Positions 56,948 through 64,000 of a stretch of DNA of 64,000 bases are shown here, in pieces (the stretch's first letter is position 1; the number at the start of each line of letters is the position of its first letter). The translations under genes were made by a program, and so were the position numbers. The notes under the pieces were generated by a model. The model saw only the letters and a list, made by a program, of their open reading frames with translations. It was not told the origin of the DNA and did not search any database. Source of the stretch: an uncultured Christensenella sp. (GTDB taxonomy: Bacteria > Bacillota > Clostridia > Christensenellales > DTU072). Location of the stretch: the NCBI GenBank assembly GCA_964418255.1, contig CAYQKV010000002.1:178003-242002 (forward strand), given 5' to 3'.

Positions 56948-59335
56948 TTAGTAACAATATTTCTTGATATAATCGATAAGATAATATTTTTCATATTGAT
57001 CAAATCGATTTGCTATTTGCATAAAAAGTTTTGCAAATTCTTTACGTTGCCCATCTAATTCTGTTGTATTAAAGCGCAAGCGATCTATTTTCTTAACAGT
57101 AACGATTGGAATTGCTTTTTCAACCATATCTATTCCGAGAGAAGACGTAGCCCCGATTTCAAAAAATCTTATGATATTACTTAAATCTATATGCTTGGAT
57201 ATCTGAATTTTTTTAATTTCAAAAGCGCGAATTATTAAAGACTCAAATAGACTTATAATTCTCGGAAGCTGATATTCGATTGTGTCTTTAACGTTACGAA
57301 ATACAGTTCGATAGGTTTCATTCGCAAACTTATGTTCATCTATTTGCGAATCATATTGACTGAAACCGTACTCCAATACCCCTCGATAACTGTTTTTCGC
57401 ATAATTTATTGAAAAGCTTTTAATCGCCTTTACTTGCTGAGGCTTAATCTCGCCAATTTCTGCCCAAATATTTAAGATTGTTTCAAAATAGTCTCTATAT
57501 ATGAAATCTTCTACCGTTGTATTTTCGATACCAATAAAGGACTCAACTTTATTAAGAATTTTCGTTAAAATTCTTTCTTGCTTTTTACGCTCAATCAAAC
57601 GGTTTTGTTCAAAAACGGCATCGGGCAACAGTTGTTTATCGAAGTTCAGCATTGCCTTGCGCATCTTATTATTTCGCGACAAATCTTCATCAAAAATGTT
57701 TTCTAAATCCAAATCGCTTAAACAAACATTCTCATTATAAGGTCTAAAATCAAGAGATATCCCGTTACTTTGTATAATTTTAAGGCTTTTATCACTTATG
57801 TAAACAACATTGCCAATAAAATGATGTAGGTATCTACCGGCTCGTCCGTTTATATTCAGCAATAAAAATCTTTTACCTTCATCCGTTTTGCCCGAAGGAT
57901 TATTATAAACGACAACTGTTTTAGCGTTTGTATTTACGCCCTCGACAATAGTAGAAGTACAGAATAGCGTAATCATCGCGCCCTCGTTAAAAAGGCGCAT
58001 AATTTCTCGTTGAAAATATTTAGGGAATTTGCCGTTATGTATGCCAACTTGATTTTTTAAGGCATACACTAAGTCCCAATTTTCCAATGAGTTTTTTTTG
58101 CCGCCAAAAGAAAAATTATAATTATTTTTCAAATGGTCTATGAACATTTGGAGTCTTTCGTCGATTAGATCCTGTTCAAGGTAACTTTCAGAAAACTCTT
58201 TTGCGTTTTTTTCTGTATGTGCAGGAAATAAGCAATAAATTATTGCTTGATTCTTTTTAGAAAAATGTAATTTATTTGCCACAAATTTTAATTTTTCAAT
58301 AGACTTTTTGATAGATGGACTTTCTTTATAGTTTTCAAACGGAGAGAAATATTTGTATGTGGTAGCGTGAAAATCAATCTCGTTTTTCAATGTGGGTATA
58401 AAAGTTACTTCTTTTGTTGCGATGTGATGCTTTTCAAGCATTTTAATAAAACCGTCTTTCAAACCTTTTAATTCAATGAAAGGACCTGCCAAATAGCAAG
58501 AATTACACTTTTTAAGCAAATAATATAACGCCAATCTAAATGCGACCGCTCTGTGGTCCTGCTCATCGTGCCTTTGTTCGTCGTTTCCAAGTTCTATGTT
58601 TCCAAGTTCTATTTTGTCGCTAATATCGTCTTCGCTAGATATTGCAACATCTTCGTCGATTTTATATATTTCGTCAAAAAAGAAAAAGTCAATTTCTATC
58701 TCGGGCCTAATAGCCAATAATCGCAAAACTCTTTCGGGTGTTAAAATGAAAATATTTCGTTCCGTTAATTCCAAATCTTTATAAATAGAATTGTATATGC
58801 TATAACCCAAATTATGTTTTGTATTAAAGTCATCAATATCTTCCGTAACTTCAATCAGCAGAGCAACCGTAGGCAAAACAATTATAATATTGTTATACGT
58901 TTCGCTATGCTTATAAATTATTTCTTGTAACAAAAAAGTTTTACCGAAAGAAGTGGGTGCGCTTAAAAATAATTTCCCGTTCGCATTTTCAAACGTATCG
59001 AGCACATCTTTTTGCGCTTTGTCCAGGACAAATCCCGATTCGGTCTTATAAAATTCGTCAATGACATTTTCTTTTATCTCGGCTAATGCATTATCAGAAT
59101 TTATGGTTTTATTATTAAAATTATTTAATCGATTGTAACCGAATGTTCTTAACTTTCGGCTTGCATTATACAAAACGAAATCCAATTGCGGATATTGTTC
59201 AAGTTCGCTCGGATTATTATTTCGCCATTCGGATAAGTAGCATAATATATCTTTGAGTCTATTTTTATCGCCATCTGAAAGTTCATATTTATTGATAAGT
59301 TGTGTAGCTTCTTTTAACAAGTTTAATATATTCAT
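56948..59335 (-). CDS. SF2 helicase, HamB-like (Hachiman helicase candidate)
   Basis: Motifs I APTSFGKT, Ia LPTVAL, Ib LTPER, II FDEIY, V TSTIVEGVN and VI GRAGR. The 795-aa protein overlaps the upstream 315-aa gene by 4 nt. The helicase call is confident (~0.85); the HamB assignment is about 0.5. Confidence 0.6.
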   Translation of the reverse strand: MNILNLLKEATQLINKYELSDGDKNRLKDILCYLSEWRNNNPSELEQYPQLDFVLYNASRKLRTFGYNRLNNFNNKTINSDNALAEIKENVIDEFYKTESGFVLDKAQKDVLDTFENANGKLFLSAPTSFGKTFLLQEIIYKHSETYNNIIIVLPTVALLIEVTEDIDDFNTKHNLGYSIYNSIYKDLELTERNIFILTPERVLRLLAIRPEIEIDFFFFDEIYKIDEDVAISSEDDISDKIELGNIELGNDEQRHDEQDHRAVAFRLALYYLLKKCNSCYLAGPFIELKGLKDGFIKMLEKHHIATKEVTFIPTLKNEIDFHATTYKYFSPFENYKESPSIKKSIEKLKFVANKLHFSKKNQAIIYCLFPAHTEKNAKEFSESYLEQDLIDERLQMFIDHLKNNYNFSFGGKKNSLENWDLVYALKNQVGIHNGKFPKYFQREIMRLFNEGAMITLFCTSTIVEGVNTNAKTVVVYNNPSGKTDEGKRFLLLNINGRAGRYLHHFIGNVVYISDKSLKIIQSNGISLDFRPYNENVCLSDLDLENIFDEDLSRNNKMRKAMLNFDKQLLPDAVFEQNRLIERKKQERILTKILNKVESFIGIENTTVEDFIYRDYFETILNIWAEIGEIKPQQVKAIKSFSINYAKNSYRGVLEYGFSQYDSQIDEHKFANETYRTVFRNVKDTIEYQLPRIISLFESLIIRAFEIKKIQISKHIDLSNIIRFFEIGATSSLGIDMVEKAIPIVTVKKIDRLRFNTTELDGQRKEFAKLFMQIANRFDQYEKYYLIDYIKKYCY

Positions 59336-60279
59336 ACTTTGCGCACCTCCAAAAAGAGTTCGCGCACTTTATCTAAATTGCGTAAAGGGAAAACAAGCAA
59401 TAACACTTCTATATCAAGATTATCATTATTAACTAACACAAAGTCTTTAAAAGCACTTTTTATTTTCGCTTTTATATTATCAATTAGCCTGCTACTGTCA
59501 TCATAATCCGATTCGCTTGGCATAAGCAAGCACGGAATTCGTATTTTAATATTTTCTTGCTCAAAATATCTCAAAATCATTGTTGTTTTTTGAGCGCGAT
59601 TGCTATTACAATCATAAATAATATCGTTAATATCATCTATTATCTTGCTTAACTCGGAAGAAGAGCTATTAACAGCTCGCATAATGTCGCATAGTATTGC
59701 AACAGCATCAGCAAAGTAATATTTAATGATACTTTTGTTTATATCGTCTTTGATAGCAGTTAAACAGTAATCCCAGCTTCCTGTTTTAACTTGTCCGACC
59801 CAAAAATATTTTTGTCCGTTTTCGACAGAAAAGACCATTCCGTCATATCCCTTAATTTCGTGCCCTTTCCGTTCAATGGTTTCTTCTTTATGCGGTCTTC
59901 TTTCCATATATTTTGCACGGGAATATAGCACTTCGATATCGGGAAAGAATAGTTTTAAGAAGCTGTCTAATGTTAATTCGCCCAATAAGCCATCCGTTTC
60001 TTTTTCGGTTTTTGGAACACGGTTTTCGTATGCCACGCGAGAAGCTCTGCGTAAATCGTCTAAATGTCCTTTTTGATATTCCTTTTCAATTTCATCTTTC
60101 TCATAAGCATAAAATATGATGCTATCGAATATCACATCTGAAAATCGCTTTTCGAAATCCGAATCCAAAATATGACTATAAGGATATGTTGCAAACACAT
60201 CTTTATAAGGATCGTATTTTATAATCATCGGTTCAATTTTATCGCCGATTAATTGTTTGAAAATTTCGACAGCATCCAT
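59332..60279 (-). CDS. HamA-like (DUF1837-type) PD-(D/E)xK-fold protein candidate
   Basis: The pattern GLLGELTL...GYDGMVF...VGQVKTG is nuclease-fold-like. The size and the position directly upstream of a large helicase match Hachiman HamA. Confidence 0.45.
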   Translation of the reverse strand: MDAVEIFKQLIGDKIEPMIIKYDPYKDVFATYPYSHILDSDFEKRFSDVIFDSIIFYAYEKDEIEKEYQKGHLDDLRRASRVAYENRVPKTEKETDGLLGELTLDSFLKLFFPDIEVLYSRAKYMERRPHKEETIERKGHEIKGYDGMVFSVENGQKYFWVGQVKTGSWDYCLTAIKDDINKSIIKYYFADAVAILCDIMRAVNSSSSELSKIIDDINDIIYDCNSNRAQKTTMILRYFEQENIKIRIPCLLMPSESDYDDSSRLIDNIKAKIKSAFKDFVLVNNDNLDIEVLLLVFPLRNLDKVRELFLEVRKV

Positions 60280-60283
60280 GGTT

Positions 60284-63200
60284 TTAATTATATCTCTTAA
60301 AGTTTTCGGCTTGGGCTATGACTTTTTCTATTGCTTCGGGTTGACCGTCGGGCGGGTATCCGTTGTTTACCATTAAGACAATTAAATCACGAGCAAATGC
60401 ACTGCGAATACGCCCGTGCGTAGACCAATTCGCATATTGAATTTTGTCATCTACTATCGGCTTCATTTTCCGCGCAAGATCCAAACACTTCTCGTCGGCG
60501 TACTCGAAGCCGTGCGTATCGCGGACGCGCACCAAAATGTCGTAAAAAACCTTTTCTTCAAACGATATTCCCATTTTCTCGAAAGACGTTTTATCCTCTT
60601 TCAAATCTTTGAAAATATCCATGATTTTATCGCACAAGTCGTCCATAAAATCGGCAACGACTTCGCTTGTGTAAACGATCACATCGCGATTGTTGTACGC
60701 CTCGACAACGCGTTTTAACCGCTCGTCGAATTCCAGCGCTTTGACTTTATTCGTTTTGCCGTAAGCAACAATCGCTTTCCGCAATAATTTTATCAAAGCA
60801 TTGAATTTCGTAATGGGCATTTTGACCTTGTCAAGCTCTTTCAAAAACTCGTCGCTGAATAAATCGATAGAATTATTCTCCTCGAAAATATTTTCAACAC
60901 CGGTACAAGTTATGGCTTTACGTACCATTTCTTCGACAACGGCATTCATGATTTCCGCGTCGGGCGCGTCCCCGATAGTCTGTTTGTAAATTATCGAGCG
61001 GATCGCCATATAGAATTGAGCCTTTGCTATTTCTTCGTCAGTCAACTCGCCCGTAGGAAATACGATTTGATACGCGCTTTTCAAAACTTTGCTAAGTCTC
61101 ATAAAACGCGTTTGCATTTCCTTGTCACGCTGTACATATTCTGCGGCATCGTTAAGACAATATAGACGTTCGAGCGGCGCACCCGTATAATAACGTGTCG
61201 CGTTAAACCCGATCATCAAATCATCCAACAATGACAAATGATTGCGGAAAATACCCAAAGTTATATTGATTTCGTCAATAGGACTCTCTTGCGGACTGCC
61301 GTACTTTTTGACCGCTTCCATCATATCGTTTTTAATGCCGATATAGTCGACGACCAAACCGCGGTCTTTGCCGTCGAAAACTCTGTTTACGCGCGAAATC
61401 GTCTGAATAAGCGTGTGTTTTTGCAAAGGCTTGTTTATGTACATAACGGCAAGCGAGGGGACGTCGAAACCCGTAATCCACATATCTACGACAATCGCTA
61501 TTTTGAAATTGGAATTAGCGTCCTTGAATTGCTCGTCAAGCATTTTGCGATACGCGCTCGTTCCGCAAAGCTCGAATAACTCGCGGTTTTCTTTCTTATC
61601 CTTTACTCCCTGCGTCGCCACGAGATTGATTTTCGGCAACGCTTTTAGTTTGTCAAGATCTTCTTTGTCGAGCGCGCTTTCGTTTTCGGCTTTCCTTTTC
61701 TCGCCCCAATCTTGCCGAATCGATAAAATTTCTTGCAACAGCTTAAACGCAAGTAGCCTGTCCGCGCAAACGATCATCGCTTTTTGCACAATATTCGGCT
61801 TTTCGGCGCATAACTTTTCGTAGTGCTCTACAATGTCTTTCGCAAGTCGATTAAGGACGTCGGGATGCCGCAGAATAACGGAAACTTGCGACATCGCTTT
61901 TTCGCTTTCTTCGATTTGCTCGGGCGTAGATCCCTCCTCGGCGCATTTATCATAATACTTTTGAATTGCTTTTGCGTCGTCTTCGGACAGAATAACGCGC
62001 GCAAGCCGCGGTTCGTAAGCGATACGCACGGTAATCCCGTCGTCGCTCGCTTCTTTCATAGTATAGCTGTCCACGATATCGCCGAACACCGCCACGGCTT
62101 CGTCGATTGGCGTACCCGTGAATCCGCAATAAGTAGCGTTCGGAAAACTCCAACGCAAATATTGCGCAAACCCGTATGTATTTACAACGCCTTTATCCGT
62201 CTTTTTCAGCTTACTGCCTATGCTCAATTGCGTACGGTGCGCCTCGTCCGAAATACAAAAGATATTAGCGCGTTCGGATAATAAACCCGTACCCTCGCAA
62301 AACTTTTGAATGGTAGTGATATAAACGCCGCCGCTTTCGTTTGCAAGCAATGTATCGTGCAAATCTTTGCGGCTTTCTATACTCCTCACTTTTTCATCGC
62401 CCAAATATCGTTTTGCATTCTCGAATTTTTTAGACGCCTGATTATCCAAATCCTCGCGGTCGACCAAAATAAGCATAGTGGGATTGTGAAAAACGTCGCT
62501 ATAGTGTTTGGCAAGTAGCCTACACAAAAAGAGCATGGTGTACGTTTTGCCGCAACCCGTCGCGCCGAAATAAATACCGCCTTTGCCGTCACCCTCGGGC
62601 TTTTTATGAGCCTTCAAACTTTCGAGCATCTTGTTTGCCGCAAAGTATTGCGGATACCGACAAATAATCGCTTCTTGCTTGTCACTATTGTCGGGGTAGA
62701 GTACAAAGTCGCGTAGAATGGATATAATGCGATCTTTTGCGAAAACGCCCTCTATCATGGTAAAAAGCGAGCTTATCCCGTTGCTTACTTTGTCTTGCTC
62801 GTTTGCTTTGTTCCACGCATAATAAAACTCGTACGGCGTAAAAATGCTACCAAGCCGAGTGTTTGCCCCGTCCGATATTACCGACAGAAAACAATATTTT
62901 AACACATTGGGAATATCCAGCGTATAATACTGCGTAATCTGCGCCCATGCGTCATGAATGGTCGTGTCTTCCTTGATCGCAGACTTAAATTCCCAAATTG
63001 CCATAGGAATGCCGTTGATAAACACAAGCATGTCGGGACAGCGCATATACCGTCCCTTAACGTAATACTGATTGGCTATTTTGAATTTGTTTTTGGAATA
63101 GTCCTCGAAATTGATAAAATCGATATGTACAGAAAGCTCGTTCGGGTCGTCGCGCACAAGGTCAAACCCCTCGTTTATCTGCCAAAAGGTTTCTTTGTTT

Positions 63201-63454
63201 CCGGCATAAAGCGGCGTAGACGAAATAAGCAAGATACGGTTGATTATCTTTTGTATTTCGCTTTCCGTCAAATGCTTGTCCGCATATCGTTCGGATAAAT
63301 ATGCACGTAAATCATCTAAAAGCAAAACATCTTCGTACTTGCGTTCTATTTCGTCGCCGTGAATATATTCATAGCCTTGCGCTTTGAAAAGTTCGATAAT
63401 CGCGCTTTCAAGCTCGGCTTCCGTAAATTGTCCTTTTGTAAAATGGTAGTCCAT
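60284..63454 (-). CDS. hsdR: Type I restriction enzyme R subunit
   Basis: The N-terminal nuclease motif is PDMLVFINGIPMAIWEFK. Helicase motifs are GATGCGKTYT and SDEAHRTQ. The protein is 1056 aa with a long C-terminal helical region. Confidence 0.9.
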   Translation of the reverse strand: MDYHFTKGQFTEAELESAIIELFKAQGYEYIHGDEIERKYEDVLLLDDLRAYLSERYADKHLTESEIQKIINRILLISSTPLYAGNKETFWQINEGFDLVRDDPNELSVHIDFINFEDYSKNKFKIANQYYVKGRYMRCPDMLVFINGIPMAIWEFKSAIKEDTTIHDAWAQITQYYTLDIPNVLKYCFLSVISDGANTRLGSIFTPYEFYYAWNKANEQDKVSNGISSLFTMIEGVFAKDRIISILRDFVLYPDNSDKQEAIICRYPQYFAANKMLESLKAHKKPEGDGKGGIYFGATGCGKTYTMLFLCRLLAKHYSDVFHNPTMLILVDREDLDNQASKKFENAKRYLGDEKVRSIESRKDLHDTLLANESGGVYITTIQKFCEGTGLLSERANIFCISDEAHRTQLSIGSKLKKTDKGVVNTYGFAQYLRWSFPNATYCGFTGTPIDEAVAVFGDIVDSYTMKEASDDGITVRIAYEPRLARVILSEDDAKAIQKYYDKCAEEGSTPEQIEESEKAMSQVSVILRHPDVLNRLAKDIVEHYEKLCAEKPNIVQKAMIVCADRLLAFKLLQEILSIRQDWGEKRKAENESALDKEDLDKLKALPKINLVATQGVKDKKENRELFELCGTSAYRKMLDEQFKDANSNFKIAIVVDMWITGFDVPSLAVMYINKPLQKHTLIQTISRVNRVFDGKDRGLVVDYIGIKNDMMEAVKKYGSPQESPIDEINITLGIFRNHLSLLDDLMIGFNATRYYTGAPLERLYCLNDAAEYVQRDKEMQTRFMRLSKVLKSAYQIVFPTGELTDEEIAKAQFYMAIRSIIYKQTIGDAPDAEIMNAVVEEMVRKAITCTGVENIFEENNSIDLFSDEFLKELDKVKMPITKFNALIKLLRKAIVAYGKTNKVKALEFDERLKRVVEAYNNRDVIVYTSEVVADFMDDLCDKIMDIFKDLKEDKTSFEKMGISFEEKVFYDILVRVRDTHGFEYADEKCLDLARKMKPIVDDKIQYANWSTHGRIRSAFARDLIVLMVNNGYPPDGQPEAIEKVIAQAENFKRYN

Positions 63455-63462
63455 CTCTTCTC

Positions 63463-64000
63463 CTACATTGACAAAAACACTTGTCTCATTTCATCCAATG
63501 ATTGAAATCTTTTTGTTTTATCCGGATTAGTTCCTTTCAACAAAAATGCTTTTAGTTTTTCATCTTTTAATTTATCAAATTTGCTTTTACCTGTCATAAC
63601 AAATACGATTACTTGCGTTAATGCGTATATTTCATGCAGAATATCATAATTCTTAAATCCCTCTATCTTTAAGGTAGGATCATTATAATAACCTTTAACA
63701 TCTGTACTATCGCTTGTAAGTTCACTCGCCATTTCTTTTACAAGTCCAAAATCAGATATTTTTATTATTACAGAATCATCATATTGTTTAACAAGTATAT
63801 TTTTGGGGCAAATGTCCCTATGTAACAAACCTTGCGAATGGATATATTCATAAGCATTAAATAGTTGCAATGCTATTTTTCGACGCTGTTTTTCTTCAAT
63901 GGAGCTATTGTTCTTGTTAATATATTGTTCAAGAGTACATTCCATTAGCTCCATCGTATATTGATTTTTTATGACATCATAATTATAAACATCCAAAACA
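63463..64000 (-). CDS. Hanks-type Ser/Thr protein kinase, C-lobe only (5' end beyond the window edge)
   Basis: Contains HRDICPKNILV (catalytic loop) and DFGL (DFG). The track's first codon is really TTG (Leu) and the frame stays open to position 64000. The stop lies 8 nt before the hsdR start. Confidence 0.7.
   Translation of the reverse strand, partial: VLDVYNYDVIKNQYTMELMECTLEQYINKNNSSIEEKQRRKIALQLFNAYEYIHSQGLLHRDICPKNILVKQYDDSVIIKISDFGLVKEMASELTSDSTDVKGYYNDPTLKIEGFKNYDILHEIYALTQVIVFVMTGKSKFDKLKDEKLKAFLLKGTNPDKTKRFQSLDEMRQVFLSM

Overview
This 64-kb window comes from a Firmicutes/Clostridia-like chromosome; that placement is judged only from gene order and protein motifs. All family calls are by eye from motifs, because no BLAST, HMM or Rfam search could be run. 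The core is housekeeping: rpoB-rpoC (2.4-10.0 kb), then metK, a RecD2-like helicase and comFC. After a pncB / galK / galT / LRR surface-protein block comes a complete S10-spc-alpha ribosomal cluster (24.5-40.4 kb: rpsJ through rplQ, including secY, adk, map, infA, rpmJ and rpoA). The accessory parts are as follows.
- (a) 14.1-15.9 kb is a repeat-dense intergenic zone. It holds a 174-bp structured unit duplicated in tandem, ~77-bp direct repeats bracketing an XRE + zinc-finger-membrane-protein module, and two long hairpins with compensatory changes.
- (b) 44.4-49.4 kb carries a GntR-regulated glycyl-radical-enzyme (GRE) operon of unknown substrate: GRE, activase and a tandem split-barrel flavoprotein-like gene.
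- (c) A two-gene flavoprotein module (CrtI-like oxidoreductase + FNR/[2Fe-2S] reductase) is present twice, at 1-2102 and at 51853-54617.
- (d) From ~55.4 kb to the window edge lies a visibly AT-richer island. It carries a gap-free six-gene minus-strand operon: Hanks-type kinase (partial), type I restriction HsdR with no hsdM/hsdS in view, a Hachiman-like HamA/helicase pair, RhuM, and a small SWIM protein. I consider this the best candidate for a new composite defence system.

I saw no rRNA, tRNA, CRISPR array, transposase or integrase. Many long ORFs in the six-frame track are antisense shadow ORFs caused by codon bias and are rejected.
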